A stretch of DNA of 64,000 bases from an uncultured Gammaproteobacteria bacterium (GCA_963797555.1 CAWCPV010000014.1:469774-533773), one strand, 5' to 3'; counted from the first letter of the stretch, positions 1-9,283 are shown. Translations and numbers: made by a program. The notes: a model not told the origin generated them from the sequence alone.

Positions 1-17
1 ACAGGCCTCTCTGCCAT
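1..17 (-). CDS. 5' end of a gene running off the window (MAERP...)
   Basis: Minus strand reads GGAGGAGGAATTCGT-ATG: a strong Shine-Dalgarno followed by ATG at 17. Product unknown. Confidence 0.35.
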
Positions 18-603
18 ACGAATTCCTCCTCCATGTGGCCCGTCCTGGAATGCTGTAGACACCGCTAAGTCGGTCATAAAGGCTCGACTCCTGGGTAGCC
101 ACGGGCGCCTCCTCTGCTTCTGCACGTGGGCAAAGTCGTGAATAATGGGGTGGCTAAGCGTGGGGGATCAGAACATGCGGCCCGTCGTGCTTTGTACTCC
201 TTTAAGCGGCACATCGCCGATCATCACCGCCGCCTGGTCGGCGGACCAGAGTCAGACGTACGCGGTGCCGGCGGCCGGAGACATCGGGGGTCTGGCGTTG
301 CCGAACCGAGGGACCTCCGCCGGGCCGCCGAGTACCCGGGCCGATTCATCAGCGCGTCACCCTGATTCTCGACCAGCTCGGCAAGCGCGGTGACGGCCGG
401 CTGGCCTGTTCCATGTCCAAGCTGACCATCGTCGGCACGGTGTTCCTGCCGCTCGCAACTTCTTCGTCACCGGCCTGCTTGGGATCAACATGGCGGCTAT
501 ACCCCACCCCTGAACGTGCAGAGTTTCGACGCTCTTGCTCGGCGTCGTAAACGAGCCGTATGAATTTCATCTGGTTGCCGCCATTGCAGCCAGCCCACTC
601 AGG

Positions 604-900
604 TCAGCCGCCGGCGATGGCCCCAACGACGAGAAAGGGCTCCGCTCCTGACGCGACCGCGTCGGGCAGTGGGGCGTCCGGCAGCTCATGGGAGACATCC
701 TGCCCGCAGGCGAAGAAACGCAATAACGGTCGGCGCTGTTGCGTGACGTGGTGGCGGATCGTCCCGCGCAGCATGGGATAGCAAGCCTCGATCGCGTCCA
801 GGACCGAGCGCTGCGTCACCTGCCCCTCGATGTCGAGCGTCACCTCGCCGTCGATGTGCGCCAGCGTCCGCAGAGGCATCGGGAGTATGACTCGGATCAT
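604..900 (-). CDS. MoaD/ThiS-family ubiquitin-like (beta-grasp) protein
   Basis: 98 aa; starts [14 protein letters not shown] and ends AIAGG (C-terminal di-glycine); start overlaps the stop of the upstream gene (ATGA). Confidence 0.85.
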   Translation of the reverse strand: MIRVILPMPLRTLAHIDGEVTLDIEGQVTQRSVLDAIEACYPMLRGTIRHHVTQQRRPLLRFFACGQDVSHELPDAPLPDAVASGAEPFLVVGAIAGG

Positions 901-2009
901 GGCAGCGTCTGGACCTCAACGGACAGCACGGCCGGAAGGTCCCGGACAATGGGAGCCCAGTTGTCGCCGGCATCGGCCGACAGGTAAACCTGCCCGCCGG
1001 TGGTGCCGAAATACACGCCAGACGAATCGAGCGAGTCGACAGCCATCGCGTCGCGCAGCACGTTGACGTAGCAGTCGCGCTGCGGCAGACCCTTGGTGAG
1101 CGCCTCCCACTCGTTTCCGCCCGTCCGGCTGCGGTACACACGCAGCTTCCCTTCGGGCGGAAAGTGCTCGGAGTCGCTCTTGATCGGCACGACGTAGATG
1201 GTGTCCGGCTCGTGCGGGTGAACCTCGATCGGGAAGCCGAAATCGCTCGGCAAGTTGCCGCTAACCTCGTGCCAGGATTCGCCGCCGTCGTCGCTGCGCA
1301 TGACATCCCAGTGCAACTGCATGAACAGCACACGCGGGCGCGACCGGTGCATCGCGATGCGGTGAACGCAGTAGCCGACCTCGGCATTCGGATCGGGGAG
1401 GGATTGGGACTTCAGCCCCCGGTTGATCGCTCGCCACGTCTTGCCGACATCGTCGGTCCGGAACGCACCGGCAGCCGAGATGGCGACGAAGATCCGTTCG
1501 GGATTGCTGGGGTCGAAAAGGATAGTGTGCAGGCACATGCCACCGGCGCCTGGCTGCCATTTGGCCCCTTGCTGCTCGCGCAGCCCGGGAAGTTCGTGCC
1601 ACGTCTGCCCGCCGTCGGTGGAGCGGAACAAGGCGGCGTCTTCCACCCCGGCGTATACCGTGTCCGGATCGGTGAGCGATGGTTCGAGATGCCAGACTCG
1701 CTTGAACTCCCAGGGGTGGGGCGTGCCGTCGTACCAGAGATGCGTGCCGGGGTCGCCTTCGTATACGAACTTGTTATCCACGGGCTCCCAAGTCTTGCCA
1801 CCGTCGTTGGAGCGCTGGATGAGCTGCCCGAACCAGCCGCTGGACTGCGACGCATACAGCCGGTCGGGGTCGACGGGCGAACCCTTCAGGTGATAAATCT
1901 CCCAGCCGCCAAAGTGGGGGCCGCTGACATCCCACCGTTCGCGCTTGCCGTCCGATGTCAGGACGAACGCGCCCTTCCGTGTACCGACCAGAACCCGCAC
2001 TCCGCTCAT
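897..2009 (-). CDS. BNR/Asp-box repeat beta-propeller protein (sialidase/VPS10-like fold)
   Basis: Repeated SxDGGxTW Asp-boxes ([32 protein letters not shown]); AGGAGG RBS; no signal peptide visible. Confidence 0.85.
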   Translation of the reverse strand: MSGVRVLVGTRKGAFVLTSDGKRERWDVSGPHFGGWEIYHLKGSPVDPDRLYASQSSGWFGQLIQRSNDGGKTWEPVDNKFVYEGDPGTHLWYDGTPHPWEFKRVWHLEPSLTDPDTVYAGVEDAALFRSTDGGQTWHELPGLREQQGAKWQPGAGGMCLHTILFDPSNPERIFVAISAAGAFRTDDVGKTWRAINRGLKSQSLPDPNAEVGYCVHRIAMHRSRPRVLFMQLHWDVMRSDDGGESWHEVSGNLPSDFGFPIEVHPHEPDTIYVVPIKSDSEHFPPEGKLRVYRSRTGGNEWEALTKGLPQRDCYVNVLRDAMAVDSLDSSGVYFGTTGGQVYLSADAGDNWAPIVRDLPAVLSVEVQTLP

Positions 2010-2483
2010 AACTTCCTCCTTTCCGAGTTCCGAGTTTCACGCCCATCTTCCCACGACGCTTTTCACGACCAGCGGCGGTACCTTCACCCGTCGAAGCCAC
2101 ACCAACGCCGCTCTGCGCCAGAGTTCATCGGCCCGCCGAAGACGCAGCCGTGGGTGGGTCCGGTGGAACGAAGAGTGTACACCCGACAGGGGCATGAACT
2201 GAGCCACCCACCAGCGCACAGCAACAGCGACGTGTCCGCAGTCAGGCCGTCAGCCCCGATTCCTACGCGTTTTTCAACGGCTTGCCGGTGAGAGGCATTG
2301 CAGGAAGCGGTTGCGGTCGTGATCGTCGTGGTGGATCGGCTCCCGTGCGTCGTCTCCTTCGCCCGTCGACGCGCGTCTGTCGCGGCCTTCTCGCCCTGCC
2401 GCCTTCGGCCTTCCATGACTCGCCGGCAGACTCTACAATTGCTAGACTGCGACGAAAGACCCGCACCGCACCCGGAGGACTCG

Positions 2484-3545
2484 ATGATCAAGACCCGCGG
2501 CTATGCCGCCCACGATGCGACCTCGGCCCTGACGCCTTTCACCTTCGAGCGGCGCGAGCCTGGCCCACACGATGTCCACATCGAGATCCTTTATTGCGGC
2601 ATCTGCCATACCGACCTGCATCAATCCCGCAATGATTGGAGCAATGCGCTTTACCCGATGGTGCCGGGCCATGAGATCGTCGGCCGGGTCACTAGGGTCG
2701 GCGACCATGTGACGAAATTCAAAGCCGGCGATTATGCCGGCGTCGGCTGCATGGTGGATTCCTGCCGCCGTTGTTCCGCCTGTAATGACGGTCTGGAGCA
2801 ATATTGCGAGGAAGTCCCCACCTGGACTTACAACGCCAAGGAACGCGGCAGCGACCAGTTGACCTTCGGCGGCTATTCCGAGCAGATCGTGGTCGAGGAA
2901 CGTTTCGTGGTGAAGATCCCCGGCAGCCTCGATCTGAAGGCTGTCGCTCCGCTGTTCTGTGCCGGCATCACCACTTATTCTCCGCTGCGTCACTGGAAGG
3001 TCGGCAAAGGCCAGAAGGTCGGCGTGATTGGGCTCGGTGGGCTCGGTCATATGGGCGTCAAATTCGCCAGGGCCCTCGGCGCCCATGTGGTGATGATCAC
3101 CACCTCGCCCGAGAAGGGCAAGGATGCGATGCGCCTCGGCGCCGATGAGGTGCTGGTGTCGAAAGATCCGGCAGCGATGACCAAGCACGCCAGCAGCTTC
3201 GACTTCCTGCTAAACACCATTCCGAACGGGCATGACCTTAACCCGTATGCCGCGCTGCTGAAACGCGATGGCACTATGGTTCTCGTCGGGGTGCTGACGG
3301 CGCTCGAGCCAGCGCTGCAGGGCGCCAGCCTGATCTTGGGTCGCCGTAGCATCGCCGGATCAGCGATCGGCGGTATGCCCGAGACTCAGGAGATGATCGA
3401 TTTCTGCGCCGAACACAATATTGTCAGCGATGTCGAGATGATACCTATTCAATCCGTCAATAAAGCCTATGAAAGGTTGCTGAGAAACGATGTCAGATAT
3501 CGCTTCGTCATCGACATGGCCTCCCTGAAACAGCTCGCCGCCTGA
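2484..3545 (+). CDS. Zinc-dependent NAD(P)H alcohol dehydrogenase / aldehyde reductase (YahK/cinnamyl-ADH type)
   Basis: CGICHTD, GHEIVG, structural-Zn Cys cluster CRRCSAC...C, GLGGLG Rossmann motif; GGAGG RBS before ATG 2484. Confidence 0.92.
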   Translation: MIKTRGYAAHDATSALTPFTFERREPGPHDVHIEILYCGICHTDLHQSRNDWSNALYPMVPGHEIVGRVTRVGDHVTKFKAGDYAGVGCMVDSCRRCSACNDGLEQYCEEVPTWTYNAKERGSDQLTFGGYSEQIVVEERFVVKIPGSLDLKAVAPLFCAGITTYSPLRHWKVGKGQKVGVIGLGGLGHMGVKFARALGAHVVMITTSPEKGKDAMRLGADEVLVSKDPAAMTKHASSFDFLLNTIPNGHDLNPYAALLKRDGTMVLVGVLTALEPALQGASLILGRRSIAGSAIGGMPETQEMIDFCAEHNIVSDVEMIPIQSVNKAYERLLRNDVRYRFVIDMASLKQLAA

Positions 3546-3591
3546 TCGCTGCCGAAGATCCGGCGAGCGAATTGCTGTAGAGCGTTCAGCC

Positions 3592-3632
3592 CATCTCATT
3601 ACACAACTTGAGGATACTCGTGTAGCATCATG
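3592..3632 (+). repeat. Isolated degenerate left end of the IS4/IS50-like element
   Basis: catctcattacacaacttgaggatactcgtgtagcatc aligns with the left end of the intact copy (catcccattacacacaacttgatgacaatcgtgtaacatc, minus strand from 8546). Confidence 0.6.
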
Positions 3633-3693
3633 CGCCCCACGAACTTGTCATCCCCCAAGTAGATTTGTTGGCGTAGCCCCGCCCCCCTGTGTC

Positions 3694-4337
3694 CATCCCA
3701 TTACACACAACTCAAAGGGGGCCTCACGGGGCGTAGTGGAGTCCTGCGGCGAAGTCCATGACGCGCTGCAGCCCTTGCCAGAGGGTCTTCACGCCGGGCT
3801 CGCCGTCGGCCTTGCGCCCCAGGAAGCCACCGAGCCTGGCGATGAGGCGCACCACCTCGTTGAGGTGGGGTGGCTTCTTCGGTAAGCGTTTCTTGTTCAA
3901 GAGGAAGGCCGCCTGCCATTCGCTGCGATCGAACAGAAGCTCCGCATCCAACTCCGGACAGGTGCGCCCCAGGCGCATGAGGCGGGCGATGAGCCAGGCG
4001 ACCACCATGAATAGCGCCAACGCCCGTTCCAGGCATTCGAGGCTGCTGAGCTGCAGGGCCTCCACCCGGCAGACGTTCTTCAGCACGTGGAAGAAGAGGT
4101 TTATCTCCCAGCGGGCGCGATACCAGTCGATAAGATCCGCCGCCGCCTCGAAGCTGCCGGCCTCGCGGTTGGTCAACAGGCGCCATTCGATGGGTTTCAC
4201 GCCCGCTGGCGCGCCCACTTCCCGGGCCACGATGCAGGTGGCCTCCAAACGCCCCCCTTGCCGCCGGAGAGCGCCACACGCCTTGCGTACACCTGCTGGC
4301 GGACTTCCCGCGCCTTCTGCCCGTTGCTTGAAGGGAT
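3694..4337 (-). mobile_element. Truncated IS4-family (IS50/Tn5-like) element: right IR plus transposase C-terminus (3724..4248)
   Basis: IR catcccattacacacaactc at 3694; YRARWEINLFFHVLK (YREK-type motif) and GGFLGRKADGEPG; clearly homologous to 7150..8475 but diverged. Confidence 0.88.
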
Positions 4338-4823
4338 TTCAGCTATGGAGTTATCGCTGCGAATGCGGCTTTGTCAGATGGTGTTGCTCTGTTCTACGCA
4401 ACGCATGGCAACTTGGCGTCCACTGCCGACCCGGACACCACTGGGATCAGTGCTGCACTGGCGTTGGTGCGGGCGCAGACGGACGAGGCCGGCCGCTACC
4501 TGAGCTTGCCTGCCGCAGCGGTGCTTGTGACGCCAGTAAAGGAGGGGACCGCGCTGGCCGCGGTCACGTCCATGTGGGGGACCGACCCGGCGAGACCGAA
4601 GGTCGTTGCGGATGCCGGGCTGACCGCGGGGGACGCCTGGTATCTCGTCACCCTGCCGACCACCCGACCCAGCGTGCGTGTCATCACGCTTCGAGGCGCC
4701 GGACAGCCGACAGTCAACATGGGTAAGCTGCCAGGCTTCGACGGCGCGGCCGCGAAGATTCGGCATGATTGCACGGCCGTTGCGGTGGATTACCGCGGCT
4801 GCATCAAGACGCCGCTGTCATGA
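4335..4823 (+). pseudogene. C-terminal fragment of a phage major capsid protein (Mu gpT-like / prohead protease-capsid fusion type)
   Basis: Motifs recalled from this capsid family: ANAALSDGVALF..HGNL, RAQTDEAGRYLSL, WYL, FDG...KIRHD...AVDYRG..K. The 5' part is replaced by the IS4 fragment. Confidence 0.7.
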
Positions 4824-5363
4824 GCCGCCGAACGTTGACCACCCGTCAGGCCACAGCCGCCGCCAGATCGTTCATGGCGTCGGGCGTGTGCCCGCGTGCT
4901 CGCGTGACGTTGCCGGCCATTTGCGCCGGGCGCCTGTCATGACAGCCGCGCTTACGGTGTGCGCCGAACGTCGCTTGGCCCTGGCTGCTCTGGTTGCGGG
5001 CGATGAGTTGTTGTACCACGAGATTACACCCGTCACCGAGCTACCGCCCGGCGCGGTCCCGTGTCCCGCACCGGCGCGCGTCCAATGAGCCGATACGTCT
5101 GTATGCCGCCGCGTCGAAGGACGGCTCAGGCCCGTCCGCGAGGTCACTCTGGACGAAGGGCGCGAGCTGGCAGCGGCCGACCACACCCTTGTGGTGTTGC
5201 CAAGGTCCGAGGCCATTCGCATCTGCATGGGCGAGCCGCGGTCACAGGCCGGCGGCCGGATCGAGCGACCACGGCGCCAACGATAACCCACCGGCCGCAA
5301 CCTGCGCTGGGAACCGCGGGTGCGGGACAGCCGCCCGGTCGCCGGGCCACTCCCCCGGCGTGA
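4820..5363 (+). CDS. Chain of three short ATGA-coupled hypothetical ORFs (4820-4942, 4939-5088, 5085-5363)
   Basis: Each start overlaps the previous stop (ATGA) three times in a row, beginning at the capsid stop; followed by a terminator. Confidence 0.4.
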
Positions 5364-5372
5364 CGCGGCATC

Positions 5373-5399
5373 GCTCCCGGCTTCGGTCGGGGCTTTTTT
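5373..5399 (+). terminator. Rho-independent terminator
   Basis: GCTCCCGGC-TTCG-GTCGGGGC hairpin followed by TTTTTT. Confidence 0.75.
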
Positions 5400-5542
5400 G
5401 GGCACACACCGCTGCCTGACGCCCCAGGAAGTGCGCACCGGCGCGCACTAAGAGTCACCCGCTCTGCGGCGTTCGGGCCGTTCCCACAGCCACCCCGTCA
5501 CCCCCCAGCGCCAGACCCGCAGAGAGTTGCTGCCGGCACCTT

Positions 5543-6115
5543 TTAGGGCAAAGTGTGCCGCACTCCAGTAGCTGGGTCGTATGCAGATACCTCCGAGCCT
5601 AGCGCCTCTGGCGTCTTTTCGAATACTGCGAGATTCTTGTAGCCCCGCCGGGCTGGTGACTCATAGAGCAACCCATCAATGCGTCCACACTTAGCACAGG
5701 CTTCACCGAGAACTTGTGTTTCTGCTGGGTTCCGTGGGCGCGGTGCTGTAGCATCTTCACCGAGCGACCGAAAGTTAAACTTGGGGACATCCGCGTCTAC
5801 ATCAAGGATCTGCTGAACACTCGGGTCGGTAAGATCAACCACTGCTTGAAGCTCCGCATCGATTGGCCAGAAAACCATGGGGTCTCTTCCCAAACCGAAG
5901 TATGTCTGAACCTCGGCGAGACACGTCTGTTCGTCCTGAGCCACGTACAGAACGCGGGCACCTTTTGCGAAGTTAAAACGTTGCGCTTCGATAGGCCGAT
6001 TCTTGCCAAGTGGATCATCGCCGTGGGCTTTGCGCATGGCGCGCCAGAAAGTCCCAGACAGCGGCCGCGAATAGAGGCTGAGCACAGCCGCGTCGAGGCG
6101 ATCCCCTTGATGCAC
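5543..6115 (-). CDS. RES-domain toxin (NAD+ phosphorylase / mART, MbcT/ParT-like)
   Basis: FWRAM (R), QRFN, VLYVA...CLAEV (E), IDGLLYESPAR (S), NLAVF: the typical RES layout. Confidence 0.88.
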   Translation of the reverse strand: MHQGDRLDAAVLSLYSRPLSGTFWRAMRKAHGDDPLGKNRPIEAQRFNFAKGARVLYVAQDEQTCLAEVQTYFGLGRDPMVFWPIDAELQAVVDLTDPSVQQILDVDADVPKFNFRSLGEDATAPRPRNPAETQVLGEACAKCGRIDGLLYESPARRGYKNLAVFEKTPEALGSEVSAYDPATGVRHTLP

Positions 6116-6127
6116 GATGGGGTCAAG

Positions 6128-6712
6128 TCACGCCGCGAGACCACTCTCAATCTCAGCGAGGAGAGATTGGATGCGGCTGATCTCTCCCCCGAGAATAACC
6201 GTCTTTGGTGAAGCACCATCCAGTGCGCCAATAGGCGTGCTCAACCATTCGCGCGCAAGTTCCGGCTGGTTCTCCACAACTTCAAGCACCTGTTGAAACA
6301 ACGCCCGTAGCGCAGCGAGTTTGCGCTCGTATTCATTGGATGCTTGGACACCGCCGACGAATTGAGCACCAAGATACGTGGCAATGTCGTCTGGTTCCCA
6401 CCCGAGCGTGTCCGCTAAGCGTTCCGCAGTGTCACGAGCCTGGATCTCCGTTCCGTAATACGACCACCTCACAAGAGTCTTTGGCGATGCGCGTCGCAAG
6501 ATCTCCTTTAGGCTGTCCTCTCCTGTTCCGGCTACCGGTTCAATGTCCTCCCATGGCGTTGACCCGCTGGGCTTGCCGCTTTTCGCGATCTCCGCAAAAA
6601 AACGCTCCAAGTCCCTTAAATCATCCACGTTGGACCTTGCGGCCTGCGCCAGATTGTCTTCACTCGAACGACTGGGAGGCTGTGGCTTGATCGCTAGTTG
6701 AAGGACTGCCAT
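6128..6712 (-). CDS. Xre/MbcA/ParS-type antitoxin (C-terminal toxin-binding domain) with long N-terminal extension
   Basis: C-terminus ELAREWLSTPIGALDGASPKTVILGGEISRIQSLLAEIESG matches the DUF2384-like pattern (WL..P..ALGG..P); lies directly upstream of the RES gene. Confidence 0.8.
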   Translation of the reverse strand: MAVLQLAIKPQPPSRSSEDNLAQAARSNVDDLRDLERFFAEIAKSGKPSGSTPWEDIEPVAGTGEDSLKEILRRASPKTLVRWSYYGTEIQARDTAERLADTLGWEPDDIATYLGAQFVGGVQASNEYERKLAALRALFQQVLEVVENQPELAREWLSTPIGALDGASPKTVILGGEISRIQSLLAEIESGLAA

Positions 6713-7131
6713 GCATCACCCTTTGATAGCTGATAGCTTAGTTACGACATGTTTGAGGAACGAATCCGCAGTTTTCTGAATGTCTTCGGAGGCGCGAAGT
6801 AGAATATCCAAGTCGAAGCGGGATGTCTCCGGCGTGGCTTGAATCTCGTGGTCCACATTGAGATTTATAACCGCTGCGTCTGGCGCCCGCTCAGACCGCT
6901 CCAGCATTGCATTTAGCTGGCGATCAACGCGTGGTTGGCCACTGATACTAAGGGGGTGCAGTGGATAGGTAATGGAGAGAGAACGGAACTGCGGCGCGAT
7001 TCCATCAAACGACAGTGCAAACGCACTGTCAGCGAGTACAAATCCTAGACTGTGCGCCACATCCGCTAGACCAGTCGTGATCTCGAAGCGAGAGTTGAGC
7101 CCATACGATCCAACCGGAGTTTCTTTAAGCC

Positions 7132-8546
7132 CATCCCATTACACACAACTCAAAGGACTTGAGCCTCACGCGCGTAGTGCAGTCCTGCCGCGAAGTCCAT
7201 GACGCGCGTGAGCCCTTGCCAGAGGGTTTTCACGCCGGGCTCGCCGTCGCCCTTGCGCCCCAGGAAGCCGCCGAGCCTGGCGATGAGATGCACCACTTGG
7301 TTCAGTCGGGGTGGCGTCTTCGGTGGGCGTTTCTTGTTCAGGAGGAAGGCTGCCTCCCACTCCTCGCGCTCGAACAACCACTCGGCCTCCAAGTCCGGAC
7401 AGGTGCGCCCCAGGCGCATCAGCCGGGCGACGCGCCAGGCGACCACCATGAATAGCGCCAGCGCCCGTTCCAGGCGTTCCATGGTGCTGAGCTGCAACGC
7501 CTCCACGCGGCAGGCGTTCTTCAGCACGTGGAAGAAGAGTTCAATCTCCCAGCGGGCGCGATACCAGTCGATGAGCTCGGCCGCCGCCTCCAAGCTGGCG
7601 GCCTCACGGTTGGTGAGCAGGCGCCATTCGACGGGCTTCACGCCTGCTGGCGCGTCCACTTCCCGGGCCACGATGCAGGTGGCCTCCAACCGACCCCCCT
7701 TGCCGTCGGAGAGCTTCACACGCCTCGCCCACACCTGTTGGCAGACTTGCCGCGCTTTTTGTCCGTGGCGCGACGGCATCGTGAAGCGTATCCCGCCCAG
7801 GCATTCGCCTCGGGTCACCTCCTCCCACAGCTTGCCGCCCTCGGGCAGCGCACGGTTGTGCCGGGAGCGGACCAACCAGTCGGCCGGCTGCCCCAGGTCG
7901 CGCGCTTTGGCCATCAGGGCTACGATGTCAGCCTCCCGGTCGGCTACATACACCAGGCGGGTCTGTGGAAGTTCGGACGCCAGCTCTGCCATGCGCTCAT
8001 AGCCCTCCACCCAGCGGGTGCTTTCCAGAACACCTCCCCGAGGGCCTTCGGCGTCCTTCGGCTCGCGTGCCCACATCCACGCATCCAGCACGCCCAAGGG
8101 CTCGCGCGCGAGCGTCACGGCATACGTCGGATGCAGGTACATACCGCGTTGCGCCTCATAGCTCAACGGCCCCAGGCCAGCGATGTCCTGCCCGTTGAAG
8201 TCCACCTCCGTGGTGTCTTGGATGCACAGCACGATTTCGTGCTCCCGCATCCGGGCCGCAGAACACTGCCAGTGCGGCTCCAGGATGTCCCGCCAGTCCA
8301 TCTCGTCGTGGGCAAAAAACCGGTAAGCTCCCTGGGTCTCGGCCCAGCCCCCACACGCTCCGGGAATGCTCGCGCTCGGCTTCTCCGCCAGCCGCTCGGC
8401 AAGCAACACGGCCCGCTTGCCCAGCCGCTTGTCGCCCAAATCGATGCCCCTAAATTCCTCCGCCGCCCAGCTCATCCCGACACCCCATCTTGTGACGTTA
8501 TGTCAGGATGTTACACGATTGTCATCAAGTTGTGTGTAATGGGATG
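7132..8546 (-). mobile_element. Intact IS4-family (IS50/Tn5-like) element, 1415 bp
   Basis: Terminal IRs catcccattacacacaact; perfect 9-bp target duplication CTTTAAGCC at 7123-7131 and 8547-8555. Confidence 0.95.
7150..8475 (-). CDS. IS4-family (Tn5-like) transposase
   Basis: MSWAAEEF..DLGDKRL, IQDTTE, VADREAD, YRARWEIELFFHVLK DDE motifs; uninterrupted 441 aa. Confidence 0.95.
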   Translation of the reverse strand: MSWAAEEFRGIDLGDKRLGKRAVLLAERLAEKPSASIPGACGGWAETQGAYRFFAHDEMDWRDILEPHWQCSAARMREHEIVLCIQDTTEVDFNGQDIAGLGPLSYEAQRGMYLHPTYAVTLAREPLGVLDAWMWAREPKDAEGPRGGVLESTRWVEGYERMAELASELPQTRLVYVADREADIVALMAKARDLGQPADWLVRSRHNRALPEGGKLWEEVTRGECLGGIRFTMPSRHGQKARQVCQQVWARRVKLSDGKGGRLEATCIVAREVDAPAGVKPVEWRLLTNREAASLEAAAELIDWYRARWEIELFFHVLKNACRVEALQLSTMERLERALALFMVVAWRVARLMRLGRTCPDLEAEWLFEREEWEAAFLLNKKRPPKTPPRLNQVVHLIARLGGFLGRKGDGEPGVKTLWQGLTRVMDFAAGLHYAREAQVL

Positions 8547-9175
8547 CTTTAAGCCGGTTAAAAGTTTCCGCCGCGAGTTCGATAATTCGACCCCGTTGGC
8601 CACCATGTGCCGTTGTTAACTGCCACCTAGTTGGCATACACTGAACTTCGAAAGTTGAGGTCGCAAATTTTGCCAGTTGGGGTAACACAAGCACTTCGCG
8701 CTGTGTGGCTTCCTCCGCGTCGTCCGGTGCCAGTATTTCAGACAGGCGATACCACTGCGGGTGATGGATCGCGGGATTCATAGCTCCGACCACAACCACC
8801 GAGTACTGAGATACAGTTATTTGCGAGTCCATTTCGCGCACGTGTTGTGGCCTCCGCGCATCAACTTTCACCGCCTGCACAGGTGAGGGTAGCACGAAGT
8901 CGCGCAATCGCGCTGCCGATTCCTCCCTGGGACCCCGGCCTGGAGCGGGACACCAGGGAAGACCCGCCGCCTGAGGAGGCGCAGGAGACCACTTCTTGGT
9001 CGACCCCATAGGGAGCACCCCCCACCATGGACCCCGCCATGTGCGCGCTGTGGCCGGCGCTGGTGGCGGTGCTGCTCGCTCTGAGCTTCTGCCATTTCAT
9101 GGGCTGAAGGCTTCATAGGACGCCCCAGGCGCCGCGATCTCACCCTGACCTATAGGGGAGAGCACCGACCCCCCT

Positions 9176-9198
9176 GACCCCGCTGTACGGGGTTTTTT
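9176..9198 (+). terminator. Terminator-like hairpin inside the island
   Basis: ACCCCG-CTGTA-CGGGGT followed by a T-run. Confidence 0.45.
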
Positions 9199-9262
9199 GT
9201 GCCTGCCGGCACAACCGTAACGGCACCGTAGCGCGTTACGGGGTAACGGCCCGGTCGGCTGA

Positions 9263-9283
9263 TTGGTACCCTAGTTGGTACCC
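9263..9283. repeat. Tandem 9-bp direct repeat TTGGTACCC (12-bp period), integrase arm-site-like
   Basis: ttggtaccc-tag-ttggtaccc about 30-50 bp beyond the tRNA 3' end, the usual position of tyrosine-integrase arm sites. Confidence 0.55.

Larger units (their letters stand above)
6716..8832 (-). pseudogene. Uncharacterised 230-aa protein split by an IS4 insertion (N-part 8832..8547, C-part 7122..6716)
   Basis: Removing the IS and one copy of the duplication joins ...AETFNRLK to ETPVGSYGLNSRFEITTGLADVAHSLGF... in frame (693 nt). N-terminal motif SVVVVGAMNPAIHHPQW. Confidence 0.8.

Noticed and set aside
349-570. YciI-like or other small gene downstream of the Ubl gene
   Set aside because: Only the first few residues (MKFIRLVY) are suggestive and there is no DGPF motif; cannot be supported.
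2298-2483. N-terminal extension of the alcohol dehydrogenase
   Set aside because: A strong RBS precedes ATG 2484, where family homology begins.
6116-6130. Antitoxin and RES ORFs are in the same frame separated by one TGA (readthrough or selenocysteine fusion)
   Set aside because: The antitoxin ends where this domain normally ends and a GTG start follows 12 nt later. A same-frame arrangement has a one-in-three chance, and no SECIS-like support was seen.
8925-8975. Lambda-like cos site (GCGGGTCTTCCC... on the minus strand)
   Set aside because: Resemblance too short, and no terminase gene nearby.
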